This document shows positions 27,071 through 37,096 of a DNA stretch of 64,000 nt, piece by piece. Position numbers and translations under genes: made by a program. The stretch comes from an uncultured Hyphomicrobium sp. (lineage in GTDB: Bacteria > Pseudomonadota > Alphaproteobacteria > Rhizobiales > Hyphomicrobiaceae). How positions within the stretch are numbered: the stretch's first letter is position 1; each line of letters starts with the position of its first letter. A model generated the notes under the pieces. The model saw only the letters and a program-made list of their open reading frames with translations. It did not search any database and was not told the DNA's origin. The stretch lies in the NCBI GenBank assembly GCA_964508485.1, contig CAZDUD010000002.1:2469-66468 (forward strand), given 5' to 3'.

Positions 27071-28297
27071 TCAGCCGACGGCTTGCAGAGCATTTCGTTT
27101 GAGGCGAGCGACGCGGGCATAGGCCAGCCCTTCACTCAGAAGCGCCAAGCCGAGACCGAGCAACGCCCCGGCGACCCCGGCAATCGCCAATGTCCTTATC
27201 GTCTTTGGCGAGCTTCTCGACTGCGGTGGCGTTGCCGTCGAGATGATGCGAGCATTGCTGACCGGATAGGATTGGCGTTGCTCGGCCTCCGTGAAAGCCT
27301 GAAGCGCGCTCTCGAACATCTTTCGATAAGTCATCGCAGTCGACTCAAGCTCGTCGAGGGTTTCGTTGAAAGCCTCGGATGACGGGACGCCTCTCGGCAG
27401 CGTGTCCTTTTCAATGGCGGATCTGCCGATATCGATCGCGGACCTGCCGCCGTCTACTGCGGACCTGCCGGCGTCTGCCGTGGACCTGCCGACGATGCTG
27501 TAATCGCGCCGCGCCTTGAACTCCTGCACCTTGAGGGAGGCCGCGTTCATTTGGAGGCGAAGGGTGTTGATGCGCTTTTCCAGCCACTCGCTTCCCTGGC
27601 GCGCGGCCTGGGCGCGCATCGAGATCTGGTCGCCGATATAGGATCGCATAATGGAATTGGCGATGTTGGCCGCCCTCTCGGGATCCTGCGCCGTAAACGA
27701 AACCTCGATCACGTATGACAATCCGAGCCGCTGAATCCCGAGCGGCCCTTGGATTCGGCTTGCGACCTGTCGAACGAGTTCGGGATCGGGTTCTTCCAGC
27801 ACAGCGGGAGGCTTTTCTCCCAACGGCGGAGCGGGGGCTTCCCCGGACGCCGCAGCGGGCGCGTCCCCGGAAGGTGAAGCTGCATCTGCATCTGGCTCGG
27901 GCGGAAGCGGAGGCATCAACTCCGGCACGCCGAACTCAGGATCCCGCAGCAGATCGAGATCTTTGACTGCAGCGCGCGCGATGTGCTCCGACATCAGGAC
28001 CGCGATCTGACTTTCCACTTGCGCGCTGTCGAGAACGATACCTGTCTCGGTCCACTGCTCGTTTGTGAGATGGGGAACTTTGGCATCGATCAAGAGCTGA
28101 CCGCGGGCCGTGTACAGCGACGTGGAAAGGAAGACGTAGCAAAGGCCGAGCGCAACGGCGATGGTCGTCGTCGTCATCATCAGTCCGATGTGGCGACGAA
28201 CCAGATCGATAACGTCGGTGACGGTGAACTGCCCGAACGTATTGAAAATATCGTCGTGCCGCCTGGAATGCGGGGCGCCGGTATCGCCGTCAACCAC
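27071..28297 (-). CDS. Polysaccharide co-polymerase (Wzz/ExoP N-terminal-like) without a tyrosine kinase domain
   Basis: Two TMs, Y.A...LLID, VESQIAVLMSE, SYVIEVSF...PERAANIAN and the Pro-rich ARIISTATPPQSRSSPK before TM2. Confidence 0.85.
   Translation of the reverse strand: MVDGDTGAPHSRRHDDIFNTFGQFTVTDVIDLVRRHIGLMMTTTTIAVALGLCYVFLSTSLYTARGQLLIDAKVPHLTNEQWTETGIVLDSAQVESQIAVLMSEHIARAAVKDLDLLRDPEFGVPELMPPLPPEPDADAASPSGDAPAAASGEAPAPPLGEKPPAVLEEPDPELVRQVASRIQGPLGIQRLGLSYVIEVSFTAQDPERAANIANSIMRSYIGDQISMRAQAARQGSEWLEKRINTLRLQMNAASLKVQEFKARRDYSIVGRSTADAGRSAVDGGRSAIDIGRSAIEKDTLPRGVPSSEAFNETLDELESTAMTYRKMFESALQAFTEAEQRQSYPVSNARIISTATPPQSRSSPKTIRTLAIAGVAGALLGLGLALLSEGLAYARVARLKRNALQAVG
27419..27494 (-). 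repeat. In-frame 21-bp tandem repeat, about 3.6 copies
   Basis: GGA(T/C)CTGCCG core every 21 nt, encoding VGRSTA DAGRSAV DGGRSAI DIGRSAI. Confidence 0.85.
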
Positions 28298-28508
28298 GGT
28301 TATGGCTCCTGGCCGTTTGCTAAAACGAATTCATACGCGTCAGTCAAAATTTATATGGAAATGTCAGTATTTAAATATGAGATGCTGCCGCGGGCACCTT
28401 CCATTGCAATCATGGTGAAGAGGCGCAAGTCTACCCCTTAAAACCGGGGCATGTCTGCGGGAAAACGGCAACGGCCGCCCATATTTTCGGAACCGTCGGA
28501 AGAAAAAG

Positions 28509-29723
28509 CTATGCGCGAAGCGCAGGGTCGCGCGCCTTGTGATCACCTTTTCCCTCGCCACTGAAAAGGCGGCCGGCCGGTTCCGGTGTCGTGCTCATCC
28601 ACCGCTGCAGCGCGCCCGACATGAGAACGACGACTGGCACGTAGACCATGCTGAGGTTGCGCATCTCGCCTTCCGCGCAGAATAGAAGCAGAAGCGGCAC
28701 GTTGATGGCGGCGGCCAGCTTCAGATGGTCGTGGATCGGGCGCGGAACCTCGCGCCACCCGTAGACAATGAGGATCGCGAACCAGGCAAGAACGATGAGG
28801 CCATAGCCCTTGAACAAGGGCAGGCCATAGCTCTGATCGAACAGGAACAGGTTCAGAGGATTGAGGTAGAATAGAAGGTTATCGAAGAGCTGGAAGATCG
28901 CATTGTCGCCTTCATTGCCCGCATAGGCGAGACGTATGGCGAGATAGGTGAGGCCGGAGAGGAAGGTTGCCCCGAGTGTGGTGGCGATGGCGGTCCGCAG
29001 CGAGAGCCGCACCATGAGCAGGGGCAGCAGCGTTAGACAATAGAAGAAGAACGATTCCTTGTTTGCGGTAGCCGGCACGGCCAGCAGCAGAAGCGGCAGG
29101 ATATGTCCGCCGAGGGCAAGCCTTGCGGCCAGCGCAAAGGCGAGCACTTCCGGCAGATCGTAGAAGAAGCCGCCGCGTGTCTGCAAAATCGGAACCATGA
29201 GTGCGAAGATCGCAGGGGCCGCGGTCGCCGCTGCTTGACTGACGCCGGCGACCAGGCAGACCGAGCGCAACACGAACAGGGCCAGAAAGAGAGAGAAGAA
29301 CGTCGCGTAATAGACGATGCGATAGCGAACGAGGTAGCCCTCTTTGTTGGCATCGGCGCCCGCAGGGGCCTTCAAGGCCGCCTGGGCATCTTTGAGCCGG
29401 GTCTCGATGGCGACGCGAACACTGTCCGGCATGGCCGCCCTGATCGCGGTCGCCGTTTGGGGGAGAAGTTGGCGGAAGACATAGGGCCGCGCAGCCGTTC
29501 CATCGAGCATCAGCGCGAGCGACTGCCGGGGTGTGGAATCGCTCATCTGCCACTTGGTGTAGTAGCCGTTGAAGGCAGCGGCAGCGACCAGCACATAGAT
29601 CACGGTGATGACGAAGGCCGCGCCGATCCGCTGAGTGAGCGCCGGAGAGGATCGAAATGAGGAAATGGCAAGGAGGCTGCGCATTATCTCGGCGCCTCGC
29701 GGAGTATCGGGCTTCACGCGCAA
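28509..29723 (-). CDS. Polytopic membrane protein, possible GT-C-type transferase
   Basis: About 9-10 TMs, periplasmic loop ARPYVFRQLLP, FFYDLPE, NKES and EMRNL. Confidence 0.7.
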   Translation of the reverse strand: MRVKPDTPRGAEIMRSLLAISSFRSSPALTQRIGAAFVITVIYVLVAAAAFNGYYTKWQMSDSTPRQSLALMLDGTAARPYVFRQLLPQTATAIRAAMPDSVRVAIETRLKDAQAALKAPAGADANKEGYLVRYRIVYYATFFSLFLALFVLRSVCLVAGVSQAAATAAPAIFALMVPILQTRGGFFYDLPEVLAFALAARLALGGHILPLLLLAVPATANKESFFFYCLTLLPLLMVRLSLRTAIATTLGATFLSGLTYLAIRLAYAGNEGDNAIFQLFDNLLFYLNPLNLFLFDQSYGLPLFKGYGLIVLAWFAILIVYGWREVPRPIHDHLKLAAAINVPLLLLFCAEGEMRNLSMVYVPVVVLMSGALQRWMSTTPEPAGRLFSGEGKGDHKARDPALRA

Positions 29724-30004
29724 TGTCCTTCAAGCATGTGCGGTCCGGCAGGAGACAAGGCTACCGGCACCCCCCTCGATTGGCAAAGCAGAAGTGGTAA
29801 CGCCGCTGCCGCGGATGGCGGAGTGGTAAAATTAACGGCCGTGAGCAGGACCAGCTACCCAATTCGGCTCAATGCAGGACTCCCCTTTTGGGATAATCTT
29901 CATGATCGATCGATACGTTGAGAAGAGGCCGCCGGAAAGTCAGGTATCCGGGCATGAACGCCGCGGCAGAAGGATGTGCCCGGTCCGGTAGAGTTTGAAG
30001 CCCA

Positions 30005-31030
30005 ATGGCCATACCCCAGGATGACAGCGTGTGCGTCTGCATCGCTGCCTACAACGCGGAAGGCACGATCGCACGCGCCGTCACGTCGGCTTTGAGCCAG
30101 TCTTCCGTTACCGAGGTGATCGTCGTTGACGACGCATCGACTGACTCGACAGCCGAAGCCGCACGACGGTGCGACGATGGCAGCGGTCGGCTGATGGTCA
30201 TTGTGCTGGAGCGGAACGGCGGCCCATCCACGGCACGCAACCGAGCCATCGAGCAATCGCGCGCCGCAATCTTTTGCGTGCTCGATTCGGACGACTATTT
30301 CCTCGGCGACCGGATTGGCCGTTTGCTCGCGGACGGCGGTAACGACTGGGATCTGCTGGCCGACGACATCCTGATCGTTCCCGAGGCGCTTGCAGACGGC
30401 TCCGCGGCCGAGCAGCATCGCGCCGTACCGCGTAGCGCCCGACTGCTCGATCTGCCGACATTCGTTCGGAGCAATATTTCCGATCCGCTGCAGCCGCGCG
30501 CCGAGCTCGGATTCCTGAAACCCCTCGTCCGTAGGCGTTTCCTCGAGGAGAGCGCCCTGCGCTATGATCCGAGCTTACGGCTCGGCGAGGACTATGCGCT
30601 CTACGTCCGCGCCTTGATGGCCGGCGCGCGGTTCAAGGTCGTCGGCTTCCACGGCTACGTTGCCGTCGAGCGCGCTAGCTCCCTGAGCTCGAAGCATCGT
30701 GCAGCCGACCTCGCCGGCATCCGGGCATTCGACGCGGCGTGCCGCAGCAAGGAAGCAGGCCTGGATGCGGCTGCAAGGCAAGCGTTGGCCGCTCACGAGC
30801 AGGCGACCGCCAATAAGCTGGCTCTGGCGCGGGCGCTGGAAATCCGGCGCGAGCGAGGCGTCGGCCAGGCCCTGCGTTTCCTGTCGCAGGAGCCGCGCTC
30901 CATTCGCTATGTTGCCTCCGAGATTTTTCGCGCCCGGTCAGCACGGCTTCGCGAGCGGGTGTGGGGCGAGACGGCAGCGCCCGCGCAAAACGGCCCAAGG
31001 CTGCTCATAGGCCAGAAGGCAATTGCTTAG
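30005..31030 (+). CDS. exoU: GT2 glucosyltransferase, ExoU-like
   Basis: TIARAVTSAL, DDGSGRL, LDSDDYF, GFLKPL, LRLGEDYALY.RAL..GAR and SLSSKHR..DL closely follow ExoU as recalled. Confidence 0.85.
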   Translation: MAIPQDDSVCVCIAAYNAEGTIARAVTSALSQSSVTEVIVVDDASTDSTAEAARRCDDGSGRLMVIVLERNGGPSTARNRAIEQSRAAIFCVLDSDDYFLGDRIGRLLADGGNDWDLLADDILIVPEALADGSAAEQHRAVPRSARLLDLPTFVRSNISDPLQPRAELGFLKPLVRRRFLEESALRYDPSLRLGEDYALYVRALMAGARFKVVGFHGYVAVERASSLSSKHRAADLAGIRAFDAACRSKEAGLDAAARQALAAHEQATANKLALARALEIRRERGVGQALRFLSQEPRSIRYVASEIFRARSARLRERVWGETAAPAQNGPRLLIGQKAIA

Positions 31031-31143
31031 ATGAAGAGTTAATTTTTGAAGGTCGCCGCTGGAAATGCCCCGATTGGGCGGTTTCGGATCTAGCCCGGAA
31101 CTTGCAACGCGCGATGCAATACTGCTGTACGAAGGACCAAGTC

Positions 31144-33375
31144 GTGCCCTCTCCTGACCCCATCGTCTCGGTTGTCGTTGCAAACTTCAACGGCGAGAGG
31201 TTTCTGGCGGACGCCCTGACGTCTGCGCTCAAGCAGACACTGTCCGAGATCGAGGTCATCGTCGTCGACGATGCGTCCACCGACGGGAGCTTGGAGATCG
31301 CCCGCGCCTTTGAACGCAAGGACAAGCGTGTCCGCGTCCTCACGCGTCAGGCGCAATCGGGGCCGGGCGGTGCCCGCAACGACGGCCTCGCCGCAGCGAA
31401 AGGCCGATGGATCGCGATCCTCGACAACGACGATATGATGCACGTCTCGCGGCTGGAGCAACTCGTCCGCGAGGCCGAGGCAACCGGCGCCGACGTATGT
31501 GCCGACGACCTTCTGATCTTTCAGGCGGGCGCAACACCGACGACGCTCCTGTCGGCGCGCCAGCGCAAGCGTGGCTGGATATCGGCGGCGGACTTCATCT
31601 CTGGCAACAAGCTCCTGTCGCGTGAGCCGGCGCTTGGCTACCTCAAGCCGCTGGTCCGCACCGCGTTCCTCCGCGAACACGATATCTCCTACAACATGGA
31701 TCTGCCGATCGGCGAGGACTACGATTTTGTGGTCAAGCTGCTGGCTAGGGGCGCGAAGTTTCGCCTGCTGGATACGCTCGGCTACTTCTATCGCAAGCAC
31801 GCGAGCTCGATCTCTCACCGGATGTCGGCCGAGAACGTTGCGCAGATGCTGGCGGCGGATGGCCGTCTGCGGGCATTGTTCGACGCGAATGCGGACGGCG
31901 TTGCCCGCGCGTTCGATGCGCGTCGCGCCTCGATCGAGCGCGCGGCCGCTTTCTCGGCGCTGGTTGCCGCAATCAAGGGTCGCAAATGGCGCGACGCGGC
32001 CGCGCTGGCGCTGTGCAATCCGCGCGCCATCCCGCTGCTTGCCATGCCGGTGGCGGCGCGGCTTCGCGGACTGAAACCGTCGAACGAGCAACGCACCAGA
32101 GACCCGAGAGTCTGCCTGATCTCGCGACAGCGGCTGGTGGGGCCGAGCAACGGCAGCTCCACCTACGTGCTCGCCCTCGTTAGAGCGCTGCGCGACGCTG
32201 GGCACAAGATCACCCTGGTCTCTCCGAGCATCTCCACGTTTGGCCGCTGGCCGTTTCTCTTTCTGCGTCCGGAGATGAACGTGTTCGATGAGATTCACAT
32301 CCGCGGCGCATGGCGCCTGGGTAACCGGCTTTACGTCGCCAGGGACCCGCGCATCGCCCTCGCTGCCGCTTCCGCGATCGCCGCACGGCTCGCCGCTCGG
32401 TTCGGCTTCAAGATCCCGTCATGGGACCGTCCCGCGCCCTATGCAGTGGCGGAACCCTGGCGTCGGGAGGATCAGATCTACATCGCGCGCCACGCGCCTC
32501 GCCCGGCCGGGCTCGTGCTGGCGGACTACGCGTTCACGACCCCGGCCATTCCCTATGCCCTGGCGCCCACGGCGCCGAGCGCCGTCATCATGCATGATTT
32601 CTTCTCCGAGCGCGCGGGGCGGTTCCGGGAGCAGAAACTATCGGATTCCGTTGCCTCTCTGGATCGAGACGCCGAAGCGAACCTTCTGCGGCAGGCCGAC
32701 GCCGTCATTGCCATCCAGAAGCTCGAAGCGGCCGAGGTCGCGCGGCTTCTGCCGGACCGTCGCGTTATCCTGGCACCGCTGGCATCCGACGTGGCGACGG
32801 CTCCCCAGCCGGGTGATCGCCAGACGGCGCTGTTCGTCGGCAGCAACACCGCCCCGAACGTTATCGGCCTGCGCTGGTTTCTCGATGAGGTCTGGCCGAA
32901 GATTACGGCAAAGGTCGCAGGCTGCCGTCTTGTCGTCGCCGGAAGCGTGGCGTCCGCATTTCCGGCCCCGATCCCCGACGTTCGGTTCCTCGGCATGGTG
33001 CCGGATCTCGAGCCCCTCTACGCAGAAGCTGGCGTCGTTGTCTCGCCCCTAACCGTTGGATCGGGCCTCAAGATCAAGCTCGTCGAAGCGCTTGGGAAGG
33101 GCAAGGCCATCGTGGCTACAAGCGTGACGACCGAAGGGTGCGAGGAGGCGGTCGTCGAGGCGATATGCGAGCATGATGACGCCGAGGCATTTGCGGAGGC
33201 CGTCGTCGCCCTTTTCACCGATGACGAGCTGCGGCGCGCCAAGGCCGCACAGGCGCTCGACGCCGCAAGGCAGATCTATTCGCCTGAGGCCTGCTATCGC
33301 GACCTGCTGGCATTCGCGCGCGGGGGAACGCAATCCCCTGCGGCCTCATTTGCCGTATCCAAAGCGACAAGTTGA
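31144..33375 (+). CDS. Bifunctional glycosyltransferase: ExoO-like GT2 fused to a GT4-type domain
   Basis: N-terminal GPGGARN, GRWIAILDNDD, GYLKP, IGEDY and LAMPVAARLR. C-terminal FVGS..PN..GL.WF and GSGLKIKLVEAL. GAAGGA RBS before GTG 31144. Confidence 0.88.
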   Translation: MPSPDPIVSVVVANFNGERFLADALTSALKQTLSEIEVIVVDDASTDGSLEIARAFERKDKRVRVLTRQAQSGPGGARNDGLAAAKGRWIAILDNDDMMHVSRLEQLVREAEATGADVCADDLLIFQAGATPTTLLSARQRKRGWISAADFISGNKLLSREPALGYLKPLVRTAFLREHDISYNMDLPIGEDYDFVVKLLARGAKFRLLDTLGYFYRKHASSISHRMSAENVAQMLAADGRLRALFDANADGVARAFDARRASIERAAAFSALVAAIKGRKWRDAAALALCNPRAIPLLAMPVAARLRGLKPSNEQRTRDPRVCLISRQRLVGPSNGSSTYVLALVRALRDAGHKITLVSPSISTFGRWPFLFLRPEMNVFDEIHIRGAWRLGNRLYVARDPRIALAAASAIAARLAARFGFKIPSWDRPAPYAVAEPWRREDQIYIARHAPRPAGLVLADYAFTTPAIPYALAPTAPSAVIMHDFFSERAGRFREQKLSDSVASLDRDAEANLLRQADAVIAIQKLEAAEVARLLPDRRVILAPLASDVATAPQPGDRQTALFVGSNTAPNVIGLRWFLDEVWPKITAKVAGCRLVVAGSVASAFPAPIPDVRFLGMVPDLEPLYAEAGVVVSPLTVGSGLKIKLVEALGKGKAIVATSVTTEGCEEAVVEAICEHDDAEAFAEAVVALFTDDELRRAKAAQALDAARQIYSPEACYRDLLAFARGGTQSPAASFAVSKATS

Positions 33376-33587
33376 GCGATGCGCGGAGAAGCGGATAATG
33401 CGCGACGTCGACCGTTAATACTTGTCCCCCCAAAAAAGGGGCACTAAACGCCGGAGTGAAACACCTTGGCAATTTCCGTCCGTTTTGGGATCATGAATGG
33501 AATGCTGAGGGATTGCGACGGCGCAGAAGAGGCGTCCATTTCAGGCCGAATTGCTGAGGGCAGGCAGACCCGATGACCGTAGGAGCC

Positions 33588-34811
33588 ATGACAGGGGACG
33601 GCGCTGCTCGATGGCCTCGGGCACGCCACGATCCGGCGGCCGTCGACATGAAATACATCCTCGGATGTATTTTCTTTTTGTCGATCAGCATGGGCATCTG
33701 GCAGTTCGCGTCGGACAATGCCGAAAGATACGCGTGGCTGCTCGCTGATTTCACCTGCGCCCTCCTGCTTTGGAGATACCAGTCGCAGTTCATCAATCTT
33801 GCGATGAGCAATGTCGTCTTTATGTGCTGGCCGCTCCTGGCCCTCGCATCCGTCGTTTGGTCGGTCGCGCCAGGAGGCACTCTCTATCACGCCCTGCAGC
33901 TGCTGATGACGACGTTCGTCGCGTTCCTCATTTGCATTAAGTTTCGCCTGGAGCAGTTCATAGCGATCATCTTCTGGGCCATGCTGGCGGCGGCCATCGT
34001 CGCTCTCGGCGCGGCCTTGCTGCAGCCGAGTGTGGGTATCGATTTCGTTGGAAATTGGCGTGGCGGATTTCCCACCAAGAACGTCTTGGGCGACGCCATG
34101 GTGCTGCTCGTCATTAGCGGCTGCTGCCTGTTTCTCCAGGGACGTTGGCGGCTGATAACGGCGGCGGCCATCGCGCTCGGGGTGTTCCTAATTTTCATGA
34201 CGCGCTCGGCCACCCCGATCCTGTCGTTGTTCCTAACGCTCGCGCCGCTGCCTTTCGCCTATGCGCTCCTGCGCGGCCCCGCGCCGTTCATGATCCTTCT
34301 CGGTCTGACCTGCGTGCTGGCATCAATGGTCGCGCTTGGTGCCTACGTCGCGATCGTCTACTTCGATGTGGACCCTATCGGCATTGTCTTGGCGTCGGTC
34401 GGCAAGGAGCGGACGCTGACGGGGCGCACGTTGCTCTGGCAGGTGGCGAACTGGGCAATCGAGAGCAAGCCATGGCTGGGATACGGCTTCAAGGGTTACT
34501 GGGCCGACCCACCTGCAGAGATGCTGCAGATCCGCGCTTCGTTCGGTCAGAGGATCAACTTTTTCCATAATAACTTTCTGGAAGTCGCCGTGGCCTACGG
34601 CGTCATCGGCCCGATCCTTCTCGCTCTGGGGATCGCGATCGCCTTTATACGGGCCGTGCTTAGGGTGATCTACGCAGTCCAACCGGTCGATATCTGGCCG
34701 CTTCTCCTAACAATTTTGGTCATTATCCAGGTTCCCGTACAGAACCCGCTTATGGTGAATCATAGTTTCTGGCACGTCCTTTTCATTGTCGCGGCGGTGA
34801 TACGTCGATAA
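33588..34811 (+). CDS. Wzy polymerase / O-antigen ligase family, ExoQ-like
   Basis: Multi-TM with WRGGFPTKNVLG, TRSAT, TLTGRTLLW, PWLGYG and HNNFLE. Confidence 0.85.
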   Translation: MTGDGAARWPRARHDPAAVDMKYILGCIFFLSISMGIWQFASDNAERYAWLLADFTCALLLWRYQSQFINLAMSNVVFMCWPLLALASVVWSVAPGGTLYHALQLLMTTFVAFLICIKFRLEQFIAIIFWAMLAAAIVALGAALLQPSVGIDFVGNWRGGFPTKNVLGDAMVLLVISGCCLFLQGRWRLITAAAIALGVFLIFMTRSATPILSLFLTLAPLPFAYALLRGPAPFMILLGLTCVLASMVALGAYVAIVYFDVDPIGIVLASVGKERTLTGRTLLWQVANWAIESKPWLGYGFKGYWADPPAEMLQIRASFGQRINFFHNNFLEVAVAYGVIGPILLALGIAIAFIRAVLRVIYAVQPVDIWPLLLTILVIIQVPVQNPLMVNHSFWHVLFIVAAVIRR

Positions 34812-34846
34812 AAGACATTTTTATTAGACCAATAGGTATAGTCAGT

Positions 34847-35632
34847 ATGCGTGTTATCTTCTTGCTTCTCTGCATCCTGCCTCTTTCGTCCGCTCTCGCG
34901 GAGCCAGCGTCGTTCTACGACACGCTCGACAACCTCGATAAAGAGAAGCGATGGTGGCGGTCCAACGGATGGTCCAACGGCAGCCATCAGAGCTGCGTGT
35001 GGTCGAACGAAAATGTTCGTCTCGTCGACGGCAGAATTGATCTCTTGCTGACGGACACGCCGCTCAACGATCACCCATATTCATGCGGCGAATTGCAGTC
35101 GCACGAATTCTACGGCTACGGAACCTACGAGGTGCGGATGAAGCCCGCGGCACCGACCTCGGGCCTCGTGTCTGCATTCTTCACCTACACGGGATCGCCC
35201 CACGGAAACCCGCATGACGAGATCGACTTCGAGTTCGTCGCAGCGCGGGAGCGCTCGGTCGATGCAACATACCATGCCAATGGGAAGAGCTACGTGGCGT
35301 CCAAGGATCTGGACTTCGATGCCAAGTCAGGGTTTCACGACTATGCGTTTCACTGGACCCCCGACAGCATCACCTGGTACGCGGACGGCAAGCTGCTGCG
35401 CGAGGTAAAGAAATCCGAGGATGCAGAGTTTCCGACCACGCCGGGAAAAATCTATATCAGCGTATGGACGGGCACGGAGGAGCTGAACAGCTGGCTTGGT
35501 CCGTTCGTCTATCCCGGCGAGCCCCTCGTTGCGAGCTACGAGCACATTGCCTTCACCAAGCTCGGTGACGACTGCCAGTTCCCGGAGTCGATTGTGTGCA
35601 CGCTCGGCAAGGACAAGCTGAACGGCAACTAG
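34847..35632 (+). CDS. exoK: Secreted GH16 endo-beta-1,3-1,4-glycanase, ExoK-like
   Basis: Signal peptide, SNGWSNG, CGELQS, YGYGTYE, HDEIDFE and CQFPESIVC. Confidence 0.9.
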   Translation: MRVIFLLLCILPLSSALAEPASFYDTLDNLDKEKRWWRSNGWSNGSHQSCVWSNENVRLVDGRIDLLLTDTPLNDHPYSCGELQSHEFYGYGTYEVRMKPAAPTSGLVSAFFTYTGSPHGNPHDEIDFEFVAARERSVDATYHANGKSYVASKDLDFDAKSGFHDYAFHWTPDSITWYADGKLLREVKKSEDAEFPTTPGKIYISVWTGTEELNSWLGPFVYPGEPLVASYEHIAFTKLGDDCQFPESIVCTLGKDKLNGN

Positions 35633-35653
35633 CGAACCTCGCGTCGCGGGCGG

Positions 35654-36928
35654 CTATCGCGCTTGGCGGACGGCAGGCGCCCGCGGTATGCCTGTCTTGG
35701 CCACGGCCTCGAGGAGCGCGGCGGTATCGCTCTCATCGATGAAAAGCGTGCGCGGTGCGCGGCGGGCGGACTCGAGCAGACCGGCGAACCGGGTCGGGTT
35801 CATGGCCTGAAGCCAGTCCGACAGGCTTTCGTCGATCGGCTCCCGCAGCGTCACGCCGAGACCTTCACGGACCACCATGTCGCCTGTGGCCGTGCCCTCG
35901 CGCGCAATCGAGATGGCGTCGAAGAGCCCACCCTCATACACCCGGTTCGGTAACAGCCAGTCCGAGTTCGAGTTGGCATCGAGGAAATCGATGGCCCACG
36001 AGAAGTGAATTTGACCATAGATATCGGGTAGATCCCGCGGACTTTGGTACGGTCCGAGGTACTGGAAGTTCGGCCGGCCGGAAGTCGCGGCAAGCAAGGT
36101 CTCCTTGGCGATGTCCTCCTCCGAGGGGGTGCCGCGGATATGGATTGAGACGCCGTCGGGATGCGCCGAGGCCAGCCGGCTCAGGATGTCGAGGCTCCTC
36201 GGACATCTGAGCGTGCCGAACCAGCCGATGATCCAAGGTGGGCCGGCGGCAGGCCTGCGCCCGGTGTCGGCGGGGATCGTTGCGAGCGCGGAAGCGGAGA
36301 CCTTGTTCTCGAGCAGATACCAGGCGCCCGTGTAGCCCTGCCGGGGCTCGAAGTACCTCGTCATGAACATCGGCGAGCTGACGACGAGCATGTCGCACGC
36401 AGCGAGAAGACGACGCTCGCACCACCGGAAGAGGGCGTTCACCAGACCGGTTCCGACAAAGGCGCGCTGAACGTCGAGAACCTCGTAGACCAGACGCGCG
36501 CGCGACCGCGACAGCCACTTGGCGGCCGTCGCGATGGCCATCATGTCGAAATTGCGCGCGTAGATGACGTCGCAATCGCTGAGCGCGCCACGGTGCCGCA
36601 GCGCCTTCCAAAGACCGGCGGTGAGCTTCGGAAGGCGCGCAAGATAGTTGCGGTCCACGGTGGCGCCGAGTGCGATGTTGGTCCAAGTCGGAGCCGGCCG
36701 TGCTGTGCCGCGTTCGCGCCGAAACATGAAGCCGATGACCGAAGCGCCCGTTGCCTGAAACGCCTTGGCGCGCTTGATGACGGTGCTCTCGCCCGAGTCA
36801 TGGGCGAAGAACGCGATCTTTTTGACGGACGTTTGCGGGGTTGGCGGCAGGGCGCCTTCACCATGTCCGGCCGCCGGCTTCTGGCGGGTTTCGGCGTGCT
36901 GAGGGTTGGCTGTTGATTTGTCGGCCAT
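35654..36928 (-). CDS. exoL: Glycosyltransferase, ExoL-like
   Basis: ARNFDM, VYEVLD, LVVSSP.F, LENK, IGWFGTLRC, WAIDF and NS.WLLPNRVYEGG. Confidence 0.85.
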   Translation of the reverse strand: MADKSTANPQHAETRQKPAAGHGEGALPPTPQTSVKKIAFFAHDSGESTVIKRAKAFQATGASVIGFMFRRERGTARPAPTWTNIALGATVDRNYLARLPKLTAGLWKALRHRGALSDCDVIYARNFDMMAIATAAKWLSRSRARLVYEVLDVQRAFVGTGLVNALFRWCERRLLAACDMLVVSSPMFMTRYFEPRQGYTGAWYLLENKVSASALATIPADTGRRPAAGPPWIIGWFGTLRCPRSLDILSRLASAHPDGVSIHIRGTPSEEDIAKETLLAATSGRPNFQYLGPYQSPRDLPDIYGQIHFSWAIDFLDANSNSDWLLPNRVYEGGLFDAISIAREGTATGDMVVREGLGVTLREPIDESLSDWLQAMNPTRFAGLLESARRAPRTLFIDESDTAALLEAVAKTGIPRAPAVRQAR

Positions 36929-37096
36929 CAACAACCCTGTTCTCCCGATGTGTGATGCGGCAGGCAACCGGAGTTAGCGCGAAAGGTACCACACCTGGAA
37001 GGCCCGGCGTGCCGCAATGTTAACGCAACGTGCGACCGTCGAATGGGGAAAGCCGCTTCCAGCGGAGAGGAGAGAATGGCGCGTCTGAAGGCGTCT

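Noticed and set aside
27419-27494. CRISPR-like array
   Set aside because: It is an in-frame coding repeat without unique spacers, and no cas genes are present.
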